A DNA stretch of 62,478 nucleotides, counting the filler, from Rhabdomonas costata (taxonomy: Eukaryota): NCBI GenBank assembly GCA_019059605.1. It is 35 parts of 35 records of this genome, joined end to end, with 100 filler letters (N's around TTAATTAATTAA, not from the genome) between each part and the next. Parts side by side here need not be neighbours in the genome. Positions count along the whole stretch, not along the records: positions 12,522 to 14,210 come from JAHMHO010010633.1; positions 14,311 to 15,998 come from JAHMHO010010634.1; positions 16,099 to 17,788 come from JAHMHO010010635.1; positions 17,889 to 19,577 come from JAHMHO010010636.1; positions 19,678 to 21,366 come from JAHMHO010010637.1; positions 21,467 to 23,155 come from JAHMHO010010638.1; positions 23,256 to 24,943 come from JAHMHO010010639.1; positions 25,044 to 26,731 come from JAHMHO010010640.1; 27 more parts are not named here. The stretch is one strand, 5' to 3'. Below are positions 13,343-26,179 of the stretch, piece after piece; positions within the stretch are counted from its first letter, which is position 1, and every line of letters begins with the position of its first letter. The notes under the pieces were generated by a model. The model saw only the letters and a list, made by a program, of their open reading frames with translations. It ran no database searches and was not told the origin of the DNA. Both the position numbers and the translations under genes were made by a program.

Positions 13343-14310
13343 GTGTGGTGATCGGGGTGCGATTGACGGGGTGCACGACGCTTACCATTGACCCATGCAT
13401 TGCATGGCTTCATTAAAGACCCCCCCCCAGGCCACCTTCCTGTGCTAGCTGCCCGCTCCGGCGCCCGTGTATATCCGCCGAAATCCCAGCCTTGGGCCTC
13501 TTGGTCTCGTTGTTCTCCACCGTGGAGGTCAAGGCAGTGGCTGGCAGGCCTGGGGGCTCCAGCGGCTGGGGATGCCGCCCGGCGGAGGTGTTTTGTGATC
13601 GCAGGGGCCTTTGGGGCCCAGGGGCCGCGAGCCTTGGGCAATTCCATAACCAGCAATAAATTTGAGGTGCTCGCAAAAATACTCGTGCAAGGGGCGCCCG
13701 CGTAATCTACCTGCTTTTTCGCTCGAAATCGCTTCGAGGGTGATCTTTTCAAATAAAAATAGGAATTTGTGGCATTTTTTGTCCCAACTGGTATTGTCCT
13801 CCCACCCCTCAGCGTTAAATGGGCTGTGCAATGGTGAACTTTTAACTTCAACATGACCGTAGTTTGCCACTCCAACTGCATTTGCACCCCCGCAGATTGG
13901 GGCCACCGTTGGGGGCTTGATCGCGGGTGCTAACACCACGTGACAGACAGATAGAGCTCTGGTCAATCACCTGTTGGGAAACGCCGGGCATTCTCGAGTG
14001 AGGGAAATTCTTGCAGCTCTGACAACCGCCACTGCACCAATGCTTGGTCGATAAGAAATGCTGGATAAAAAGCTTTTCCATGGTGGGCGACGGCGTTCGT
14101 TGCCACCCTTAGCCGTTAGCTGGAGCACTGTTTTGTACACCGGGCAACTGGTGGCAGGATGGCCGGGACGACGGTCTCCGCGGTGCACTTCGACACCATC
14201 CCCAGCGGGGNNNNNNNNNNNNNNNNNNNNNNNNNNNNNNNNNNNNNNNNNNNNTTAATTAATTAANNNNNNNNNNNNNNNNNNNNNNNNNNNNNNNNNN
14301 NNNNNNNNNN

Positions 14311-14349
14311 TTGTTTTGCCTTTTCAGCAGCTTGCTTTTGTGAACCAAA
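14311..14349 (+). promoter_or_regulatory. Polypyrimidine tract + AG just upstream of the adk ATG (candidate trans-splice or 5'UTR acceptor)
   Basis: ttgttttgccttttcag(cag) lies about 20 nt before ATG 14350. The same architecture precedes three other start codons in the window. Confidence 0.45.
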
Positions 14350-15996
<1,647 letters not shown>

Positions 15997-16098
15997 AANN
16001 NNNNNNNNNNNNNNNNNNNNNNNNNNNNNNNNNNNNNNNNNNTTAATTAATTAANNNNNNNNNNNNNNNNNNNNNNNNNNNNNNNNNNNNNNNNNNNN

Positions 16099-16197
16099 TG
16101 TTTTCTAAGTCTCGTTCTTCTTTTCCTCCACTCTCGTATTTTATCTAGCAAATGCACCACGATTGTGGAGGAAAAGAAGAACGAGACTTAGGAAACA
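16099..16197. repeat. Foldback inverted repeat at contig start (33-bp arms, 1 mismatch)
   Basis: 16099-16131 versus the reverse complement of 16165-16197. Confidence 0.92.
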
Positions 16198-17937
16198 CCA
16201 GACCAAAAGCTGAAGTTTGCATTTAATTTTGTTTACCCACTGCCATGGGCATTTTTGGTGGTATCTTCCGTTGTTTTGGAGCCTTCTAATGGTAATTTTG
16301 TGTTCTTGCGCATAGCCTTTTTGATTATGTGTGGATTGGTGTGTGCCTTGAAGTGTTTCATAAACTTTGTGGTTTGGTTGTTCTTTCGTTCAGTCGCTCC
16401 CAACTAAATTTTCTAATAGGAGGTTTCATTTTCCAGGCTGGAAAATCACAGGTCACACATATGCTGCCTATGCCCATCCAGCTTTGCCGGTGTTCACTGT
16501 TTTCCAAACTTTGCAATGCAAGGACATGTTGCGGAAGCGGAGTAAGACCACTTTCCATCTATGCAAGGAGCCGTTTGCTAAGATAATGATGCAACCAAGG
16601 TTGCCTCGTGTCCATTGCCAAGCCACCCTTGTGACTAGATCTTTGAGTGTAATCAATAAGCACAGTGAATAGCCATTCCTGGTTTCGGATTACGTTTGTT
16701 TGGACGGCGGACGCTTGTTTCATATGGGGCTTCGTCCGGGACATCTTTCATGAACAACTTTTAGAATATGCATGGCTGGGCCAATAAATACCACTTTGAC
16801 CCACACCACACCACCTCAATATACATTTTAGCGGGTGATGAATGGGCGCCTTTTTTGCCCATCTTTGCTTAGGCATGCGTCCGGCACTATTGTGGTGAAA
16901 TAGTGGTGTTCAATCCAGTTTTGCAAAACGTTGTCTTGATTTTTATTTTTCAGGTGGTTTTTAAGCATCACACGCACAATAAATTGACTTAACGGCACTA
17001 ATTTATGAGTTTTTCGAGAAAGGTGTGGCTTTCTAATGCAAACGGGCGATTTTTAACGACGTTCATACCGCAGCAAAAGCGCGTTTATCTCAAAACTGCC
17101 ACAAAAGGCTGGGTGAACCAAACGACAAGTAATTCTGCACCGATGGAGCGGAAAAAGCACAGGAAAAAACGCGCGCTGCAAGACAATACACAACCGTTTA
17201 ACAGCAAAAACAGTCTAATTCTGTCCACAAACGGCCGAGCGGCGGGGTGCCAGGGTTTTTTCCATCTCAGAATGCTGTATTAAACTGCCGTTTCACATGA
17301 AACAGCAATGATAACCAAAGTCAATGCTCGCTTACCAGAGGACTCCAGAAAAACAGCAGAAAGACAGGACAGTTTGCCACAAATGACGAAGTACTGAGTC
17401 CAAAAGGCCTCCAACAAGCCTTTTTTGTAGCCACAAAATAGGAGTAAACCGAATAAGAAACTCACACGGGCACAAAAAATAACTTGCTTTGTATTCATCC
17501 CAAAAGATCTTAATTTTCGCTTGATGGTGGCTGCGCATCGTACATGAATCTTTCATGATGACAACATGAAGCACATGATTTCAGCAAATCATTATGGAAA
17601 CCTTTACTTGTAGGTGCCATCGTGCGTCATCATGGGCGCTTTTGGTGTCATAAAAAAGATTCATGTACAATTTCGCTGTCATCAAGGACCCAAAATCATC
17701 TCCATGCGAAAACAGGAGGAATCGCAACAAATTTTCCGCGAAAGGGTTCCGTTTGTGCACCACAACAATGTTTTCAGGTACAAAGATGNNNNNNNNNNNN
17801 NNNNNNNNNNNNNNNNNNNNNNNNNNNNNNNNTTAATTAATTAANNNNNNNNNNNNNNNNNNNNNNNNNNNNNNNNNNNNNNNNNNNNAGCACTCCTGTG
17901 CTGTCTCAGCGGCCCCCGCCCGGGCTGAAGCACACGC

Positions 17938-18846
17938 AGTACTCGTTGAAGGTCAGCCACCGCAGCTCCTTCCCCGTGCGGAGGCTGAACACAGCCACCC
18001 GGTCGATCGGGAGCCTTCAAAACACCAACACTGCCAAAGAAGAACCTCTCGGATCTTGCAGCTGGGGAGAGCTCTAACATTAGCTCATCAGCAGTGCTCA
18101 TCGGGCAAGTCCGAGATGCTGAAGCAGCTGCTTCCCTGCCATGGATTACGCCTTACCAAGGCCATGGATGACAAGCTGCAACACGGAAAGCGATGGGCAC
18201 GGAATCCACACAGCACACAGTTGAAAGACCAAGACCATACAACCCAGGGGTAAAGGTATCATCCTCTGGAACGTGAACGTCAGCAAAAACCACACGAAGC
18301 GCACTGGACAGGAGAGAGAAGCAATGGAGGGCACTCATCCGGTGCTTGTCATACTGCTGGGCGAGGTCGCGCAGCCCCACAGCGGGCCCAATCGCGCAAG
18401 CGCCCCAGGGCAAGGCCGCGACCTAAGCCCTTCCACCACGGCGGCCCCCATCCACACAGGCACTCCGGCCCTGCGCTCTTTGGGGTGCAGGCGGATGAGC
18501 AACGCGCCCCACAGGTCGGCGGGGAGCCCAGCAACAGGTCCCTCCCCAGACATCATCCCAAAGGCTGCCCTCTGCTCTTCCTTCTCGTTGAAACGGCCGG
18601 CAGAGCGACACACACACAATACACAAAAAATTCGGTGGGAAGAAAGCGTAAGTAGCTGCAAAGTGGAAATGCCTGAGCAGCGGACAATATAATTCCCCAC
18701 ACAGCCCATTTGGTGCTTGCGGGGTTTGGTAGTGCTTGCAAGAGCTCATAGATGAGAAACATCCTTCGTACGCTGGTCTCGTCACGGTTGGTTGCGAAAT
18801 GTCTTCTTCTCTCCCACCACAACAGAGCCCGGAGCAACATCTCCAT
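17938..18846 (-). CDS. Hypothetical multi-exon protein, 5' part
   Basis: Coding-like segments MEMLLRALLWWERRRHF...LRFLPTEFF / KEEQRAAFGMMSGEG...LLIRLHPKE / YDKHRMSALHCFSLL / LRTGKELRWLTFNEY with short GT-AG introns. No family recognised. Confidence 0.4.
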
Positions 18847-19413
18847 GATGCCATGCAGACCTGTCCTGCGGCTCATTGTTGCAATGCCGGCTGGAGAAGC
18901 CGAACTCTTCCTGAAAGTTTAGGATTCAATGGGTTCCATGTGGCAGGAGGCACCCAGAATCTCCTGGGAAAACGGGGAAGCCTACGGCAGGGCTGCGAAA
19001 TGTCGCGTGTACAAGGGCGAGTCTGTTTCTCGGTGGATTGCACAGCCAATTTGCGGTTCGCGATTAAGCCTGCGAAGATGATGTATCAGTATTTCTTACA
19101 GGGAAAATACCACCACTACCCTTTTGCAGCAGCACGCATCACACTTGGAATGCAACGTTTCCACCCAAAAACCAGCGCCACCGAAAATACTTAGCTACTG
19201 CCAACTACTAAATCATTAACGTGCTCAGAACTGCATATGAAGAATTGCATATGAACAGATTACCCTTACAGAAGGAAGTGATTAGCTCGCTCAGGTTGCG
19301 GCCAACTGGACAGAAACGACAGGCAGGTAATGTAACAATGCAAGCACTGGTTTCAGGTTCCCACAGGCAACCCCAGGCCCGGGCATCCCCCCCCCTTTGT
19401 TACTGGTACAAGC

Positions 19414-19552
19414 CTACTGCATCTGCGTGGCCAGCAGGCCCATAATCTCGTCCTTCAGTTCCGTGCTGAGGCCCCGCAGGGAGGGCTGCAGCGCCTTGAA
19501 GTGGGCCACGACAAACTGCAGGCATGCCACCAGCACCTCCGCCAGGTGCAAG
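19414..19552 (-). CDS. Last exon of a BTB/BACK-type protein
   Basis: cag|LHLAEVLVACLQFVVAHFKALQPSLRGLSTELKDEIMGLLATQMQ* matches the post-BTB helix pattern LxxxCxxFxxxxF...LsxELxxEI. Confidence 0.6.
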
Positions 19553-21619
19553 CTGCGTCCATTTTTTCAGAGCAAAGNNNNNNNNNNNNNNNNNNNNNNN
19601 NNNNNNNNNNNNNNNNNNNNNTTAATTAATTAANNNNNNNNNNNNNNNNNNNNNNNNNNNNNNNNNNNNNNNNNNNNGGGGGTGTGCCCCGCCCCGGGCG
19701 ACGTCCCCGCCCACCCGCAGGTGTGTGCTTTTTCCGGTGGGCCCAGGCTCACTGGCACTGCCCAGTTCCGTTACTAACACTTCAACAAAATGGGGCAAGT
19801 TTTTCTGAAAGGGTTTTTTGTTTTCCCGCGCCTGTGCTCACGCGCTGGAGCGGAAGCACACAAATGCGCGGTCAAGCAGTCGGTGAATTGTGTCAATGTG
19901 GCTACAGAAGGAGTTTTATGCAGCCAAATTGTATGGTAGGGTGGGCGGGTACTGGCAGTATGCCATGTGAGGCCAGAAGAGGACGGCCGCTGTGCGCAAC
20001 CATTGCCGTGGAATGTGTTCCACGGTTCTACGAGAAAAAAGACTTTTCTGAAAGCAACTAACCTTTTCAACTTTTTAACTAACCCTCTCCCACCTTTCAA
20101 AGTTCAAAGTTCTAAGGCAACGCAAAAGAGGCGGGCAGGAGGGCTGCAAAAACAACAGTTCCAGTGTTATAGATGCGTTGTGTCCTCCACAGTTTGTATC
20201 CTAGCTGACCTCTATTCCCAAATTTTACATCGTTAATATGATGACATTTCCCTTATCCTCCCCTCATTTCTATCCTCTCTTCTCGCTCTTTCCATTTTTG
20301 CCTGTCATTGTTTGTCTTGGATTCGTTTACATCGGTTTAGTTCCATATGGTCACTGTGCTTGATCTGGAAGCTGGACGTACCTCAAGCCGTTCCTATCAT
20401 TTTAACCAACCAATGGGTTTCCGCCCCGTCTTCACTTGCTTCACTTGCTTCGCATAGCCGCATAGCGTTGCGCGCTCGGCGCTACATTTTCGATGCTTCG
20501 AAGTTTCGGACACTCTAGTTCTTTGTGTGGGCTCACAGGTGTCATGGCTGCCGTTCGACGGAGCCTTCTTCAGGTGTTTATAAAGGCTTTTTTGTTGTTC
20601 TTTGAAGCAAGAAATTGTGCTCCGTGGCCATAGCACGCTTGCGATCGGTTCTTCTGCGGCATTTTTGACTCTGTTCCATTGAATTTATGCAACGAACCCA
20701 ATATTTTTCAGGATAAACTTTGGTCCTGAGGTGCGTACACGGGGTTGGTTATGTTTTCTGTTAGGTCTTTGGGACTTCGTGCAATGCGCAATGGTGAAAA
20801 TTAAGCCTCTCTCAGGCGACTTTTGGAATCGTCACCCAGCGAATAAGATGACGAGTTCAGTCACCAAGCGTCAGTTCACTCCCACTTGCGTCATCCCCTG
20901 AAGCCTGATGCAGGTCGGATGCCGACCGATAAGAATAAATGGGGACTGCTAGAAGATCCTCCCCTTCCGTCACGACAGAAAGAAGAATTCATACACACCT
21001 AGGATAAACTCCCCTCACCTTTTTACTCCCAATGCTGTGAGCTTGCGACAACTTTTCCTGAACCTGTCGCTTTTCAGGCACGTGCTGCTCCCACGGGGTC
21101 TCGCCTCCACGAGGATGCTCCCGTTCCGGTGTCACCGGTGCCCCACTTTTGCCTACCTCACGGTCGTCTCGGGCGCTGTTTAGCTCGCCCGCTCGCTCGC
21201 CCCGCCGCCGTCTCCTGCGCTCCGCCTTACCAAGCTCCCACTCTATGGGCTCCCTGCTGCGGCCTGCCTTCTCTGCTGATGATCTGGACACCGCCGACGA
21301 TACTCCGCAGGCCACCGCCTTGCCGGCTTGCTCCCCGACCTCTCTTTACAAGGCTCCGTCTATGCCNNNNNNNNNNNNNNNNNNNNNNNNNNNNNNNNNN
21401 NNNNNNNNNNTTAATTAATTAANNNNNNNNNNNNNNNNNNNNNNNNNNNNNNNNNNNNNNNNNNNNGTGGGTTGTGGGGAAGCACAAGAGTGAGGCCTTG
21501 AGGAGAGATTGGTCGTCAGAGAACCGTTGGTTCTCTTCCTCCCGAGCAGGGGAGGGTGTCACGGCCTAGCTCACTTAGGTGTGACAAAAGAGAGAGAAGT
21601 CATATAGGTGTTGCTAGAG

Positions 21620-21895
21620 AAGGATGGAGCAGTCCAGAAGAGAAAAAGAGAGGCAATGTGATCAGAGAAGGGAATCGACGGATGGAAGCAAGCAGGAGTG
21701 CAGCGAGGGAAGGCGTGGATTCAAGAGCGGATGAGACCAAGAGAAGACAGCGGATGAGATCAAGAGGTGGGGTGCATCAAAGCATTCCATCGAGCGAGGT
21801 TCGAGAGGAGAGTTTTGTCCGAGTTTGTTTTCAGCAGGATTCGAAGGAGAACGACGGCAGGCCAGCGAGACGAAGAAGTCCATCAAGAACAAGGC
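21620..21895 (-). mobile_element. Possible decayed DIRS-type retroelement methyltransferase (Dam-like) domain
   Basis: Frameshifted fragments MDFFVS (cf. DLFAS) and L*CTPPLDLIRCLL (cf. WxNPPFxLI) occur in the expected order in a contig lacking clear exon-intron structure. Confidence 0.25.
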
Positions 21896-23982
21896 CGCCG
21901 ACAGTCAAGGAGATCAAGCAAGCGAAGAGAGGAGCGAGGAAGGAAAACCCGACCGACGAAAAAAGAGTGAGCGCAAGGAATCCAAGAGGTTACTCCATTT
22001 TTCTTATATTACAGAAGTGCAGGTGGATTTGGTGTGTTTCTGCGGGGGGGGTTTCGGACAATTTGTGGACGTGTGTGGTTGTGATTGTGGTTGTGCCGCC
22101 GCTCCCTTCGGAGGCCAAAGAGGAAGGAGGTAAGAGGGCAATTTGGAGGTAGAGTAGCATTGGAATTTCTACTGGCCCGTAGGCGGCCCATCTCATCCCA
22201 ATTCCCACCTCCGAGTTTGGCGAAGCGAGGCGGTGAGGCAGAGACCCCCTCCCCCGACGAATTAGTCCCAGCAAGCGGCGGAGTCCGCATGAGAAATGTA
22301 AAGCGCCAGGTGCGCGGGCAAGTGATGTTGTTAAGGGGAGGACGGTTTAGTTCCCTTCCGCGTGTTTGGGGTTGGCGCGAAGGCGGTCAAGTCCCCTTCG
22401 AGGTGAGGCGCGGCGCGGGTTAGTCGGGAGTTGGTGTATGAAGACCAGTTGCGTAGCGAAGGTGGTTAGGTACCCTTTGAAGGAGTTTGAGAAGCGACCG
22501 AGAGGGTGTGACGGAGTGGCCGGTTGCGACCGAGAGGCGTCAACCAAGAGCCCACAGGCTTGGGCAGCTGCGCGGCTGCGTGGTTGCGGCCAGGCTCTAC
22601 CCGGCCCGCGGCGAAAGCGAGGCCAACCCGGTGGAAAGAAAGTCTCCTCACCGGGGGGAGTTGAAAGCGCTCACAAAGAGAAAGCTTTGTCGTGAAGGAA
22701 AGGGAATACGATCGAGTGGGCTACGCGGGGAAGTCGCAAGAGCCACGGAACTGGTCCGAGACCGCCGGGCCGTCGGACTGTGACCCGATTTTAAAACGCA
22801 CAGATGGAGCGTGGTTCAGCAGACAATTCTTCCGGCACGGCTGGTTCGAGGGTCAAGAGTGGGTGGATATCTGTCTGGGCCATAACGGTGGCGACAACCG
22901 TTCAGGAGGGAAAAGGCTGCTGCGGTCGACCGGGTGCTTCCTCATGTGCTACCTAAATGCTTTCCATTCTCCGGTTGTTTTTTATTCGACCTCCACGAAA
23001 CTCAAAACCTGCCGTCAAGGTTGCCGTCAAGGTAAGGCATGGTTGACCCGGTTTATTGTTTTTCGAAACGCTTTGCGAGCGATTGCTATTCTACCATGCA
23101 TCAGAAGCGACAACACAATCCTGATAGCCACTCATCTGACGAATACAGAAAAACANNNNNNNNNNNNNNNNNNNNNNNNNNNNNNNNNNNNNNNNNNNNT
23201 TAATTAATTAANNNNNNNNNNNNNNNNNNNNNNNNNNNNNNNNNNNNNNNNNNNNTGTTGTTGTGTAATGTTCTCAAATCTGATTTCCATTCTTTTCTTG
23301 TTCTGATGGTCGCTTCCATGATTATATCTTGGAGATGGACAGCTTTCTTGTGGGGGTCGTTTCGTTATGATGGGAGGAGGGGGTGAAATGTAAGAATTGC
23401 ATGTCGGTGCACAGTTCTGTTTGTGCTGCACTCCAACAACGAGCTCTCTCGGGCCTTGACTTGGGTGGTGGTGGGCGTGCTGGGACCCGCCTTGCTGGCT
23501 GGAGGATCCTCCCCCCACAGCTTGCACGCCAAGGCCGAGGAGGCGCTCACATCGGAGGAGGTTTTGCCCCAGCCCATTGGTTAAGGTCGCCGTGGTTAGT
23601 TTGGCAGCGATGATCCCCATGTTGCGCAGATTCCATCGCAGTATTTAAGCACAGAACTGCGGAATCAGGAAACATTTCCCCGAATGAGTGAGAGGGTTGG
23701 GGTGGAGTGAAAGAAGTTTCTTTAGGGAGCAGGTTGAAGTCAATCCCGGTCGCACTGGTCTTCGCTACTCGTGAGAAATTGCATGGTTACGGCAAAACGT
23801 CGCTTATATTTGTTTAACACCTCGAGACTCGAGAACGTCACGACGGTGGTGCGAGTTATCAATGACCCAAACCAGCCGGGAGATATCGGCGCTGCTCAGA
23901 ACAAAAGATGAGAGACCCCAGGAGAACCAGCATACGTGAATCAGCATGCACTCACTCATCAAGTGTGGACGGACACGTGCAG

Positions 23983-24416
23983 ATTACGGAGGTGGAGCGC
24001 AGTGCAGTGTTGGGCGCCATCGTGGAGGTCAGCAAGGTGGATCCCACGGCCTTCTCCCCGTTGTTCACCGTTATAACAGAGAGAATTCAGGTCTTTTTCG
24101 TGCGCCTCTTCATTTAGTTTTCTTTTTTTTTCCTTTACAGCTTCTCGATTCCTTTTTCCTTTTCAAGCTCTGTTTGTTCACCCAAGCGTTTTGGATAACT
24201 GCGCTTGCATATTGTATGGGCGTGTTTTGCTGTGATGAAATGGGAAAACGCAGCATCATGTGAATTTTTATGACTTTTTCCAGTGGTACGGTCACCGTTT
24301 TCTACGTTCCTCTCCTGTGTTTTAGGAGTGTTCACTTGCTTTCTGGACAGGACCCTACCGTGAGTATGCCCACCAAGCTGCAGCTTTTGCAGAGCCTGCA
24401 TTCCATTGAACCTGAG
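23983..24416 (+). CDS. Hypothetical helical protein exons (weak CID-domain resemblance)
   Basis: Phase-0 exons 23983-24110 (ITEVERSAVLGAIVEVSKVDPTAFSPLFTVITERIQ) and 24351-24416 (DPTVSMPTKLQLLQSLHSIEPE) with GT-AG ends. Confidence 0.4.
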
Positions 24417-25043
24417 GTATGGGCCGGGGGTGGGGGGCTGTGCGACGATGAAGATGCGGTTGATTGGAATCAGCTTCAGAATATTGATATACTGTTACCC
24501 AAAAATTGTGCCCTATTCAACCTGAACCTGGATATATGAGCCCAAGCATAAGGGCGGGTGACCCTGGGCCGGGTGGAGGCGAAAGAGAGAGAGTCCTGGT
24601 GCAGGTACTTACACTGCCTGCCCCGCACCTTGAGAGAGCATTCATCAGCCTCTGGCGGTGCCTCATCTTTCGTGACGTTTGCAATTGTGAGAACGGCGTG
24701 CTTGCTGGAGCACTCGCTCGCACGTCATCTCTCCCATTTCCCTTTTTTCCGCAGCGCTTCGGACTATAGCAGACAGGCTGCATTTGCTCTTTAGCCACGA
24801 GTATTACTTCTGCCCGCGCACTCAAACCAAAGGTTGGCCGAGAGTGCTCACCCTTCCGCAGCCTGGTGGGTATTCTCGCCGCGCACCCCACCGCGGAAGT
24901 GGTGTGCGGGGCAGTGCAGTTGTTCAGCCACGGCCTCCACAGTNNNNNNNNNNNNNNNNNNNNNNNNNNNNNNNNNNNNNNNNNNNNTTAATTAATTAAN
25001 NNNNNNNNNNNNNNNNNNNNNNNNNNNNNNNNNNNNNNNNNNN

Positions 25044-25824
25044 TTGTGGGGGTCTGTGCTCTTTTCGGACGAGGTCGATTTTAACGTAAACGGGCAAGTC
25101 CACAAGCACAACTGCTGGCTATAGGGAGACGAGAATCGCCACGCCCTCGTGGAGCAAGACAGGTAATCACCTCAAGTTACCGTGTGGTACGAAGAATACT
25201 AGGAATACATGCTCTTGCTTTTTCCAGTCCCCGGCCGAAGGGCTGTAACTATGACTGGACCTCGGTACAAGGGGATGCCTGATGGTTTCATTTCGGCTTT
25301 CCTTCCGGCTTAACGCCGCCTTCACATTCCCCAACGCCGGGTCTGGTTCCAACAAGATAGCGCCAGTCCCCACGCAATTCGTGAGGTATCGGCCCGCCCT
25401 CGCAGCCTTTCCATGGGAAACTGATTTCCAAACGGGCATCTCGCTACCTCGGTCATCGGGTCTCTGGCCCCTGGACTTCCTGTGGTGCCACGTAAAGACC
25501 TGTCTGCACTCAGCCTGTCCGGTAGCTCCGGCAGCTGCGGGCGAGGATATCCTCCGCCTTTTGTGGCATTTCGGTCGCCACTCTACGCAAGGTAGGGGTC
25601 GTTCTTTCCGGGCTGGTAGAGGTCGTTCGTTAGTTCGTTCGTTCGCTCCCCTTCGCGTTTTTATTACCACTCCTGACCTCAAGCTTGCCACGCGGCCGAG
25701 GACACACCAGACAAAATGGCAGTGGCGCACCATCCAACTCCACCACAACCTAAGACCCCAGGTGCAAGGTCCGGTGTTTTATTCGAAAAATCAAATTGGG
25801 GCATTTTATATGGGACACCTGGTA
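25044..25824 (+). mobile_element. Degenerate Tc1/mariner DNA transposon, DD41D-like (rosa/Visitor), with 3' terminal inverted repeat and TA target site
   Basis: VLFSDEVDFNVNGQVHKHNCWL*GDEN...VTVW, VWFQQDSASPH and PRSSGLWPLDFLWCHVK (cf. FSDE...WFQQDGA...WPPRSPDLxPLDFxLWG). About 40-41 residues lie between the 2nd and 3rd Asp after frameshift repair. 25804-25824 is the reverse complement of TA+CCAGGTGTCCCATATAAAA, a mariner-type end. Confidence 0.88.
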
Positions 25825-26008
25825 TCTTTCTTACCCCCAAAAACTGATGTAAAAATTGTCGCAATTTTGGCACAGCTTTTCACACATTCCCAGTTATCCA
25901 AAAAAGCGTGGACGGCCTCAGCGAAATGACTCGTTAGCTCTGCCTCCTGCATTGGGTTCATGTATAACTTGTACCTTTGCTGAACACCGCTCTCCGGCGC
26001 TGCCACAG

Positions 26009-26179
26009 GGCCTTGGACACTTCGGCTCGGGAAACCTGGAGGAAGCCACAAGGTGGTTTGAAAATGCTCAGCGCACGGTGGCCGAGGATGGCCCCACTCA
26101 GGTTCTGCTGCAGCTGTGCCGGGCGGGGCGGACCCCAGGCACGACTTGGGACGGGGTGATCCGGTTTGAGCAGAAGTGA
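26009..26179 (+). CDS. Last exon of a class III adenylate/guanylate cyclase-type protein
   Basis: cag|GLGHFGSGNLEEATRWFENAQRTVAEDGPTQVLLQLCRAGRTPGTTWDGVIRFEQK*. The DGP...WDGV...K* tail is typical of the region after class III cyclase domains; the catalytic domain is not in this contig. Confidence 0.65.
   Translation, partial: GLGHFGSGNLEEATRWFENAQRTVAEDGPTQVLLQLCRAGRTPGTTWDGVIRFEQK

Noticed and set aside
18585-18625. Euglenid non-conventional intron (CTG near the apparent exon start)
   Set aside because: A conventional ~41-nt GT-AG intron (gtgtattg...caacgag) joins LPTEFF to KEEQRAAF in phase 0.
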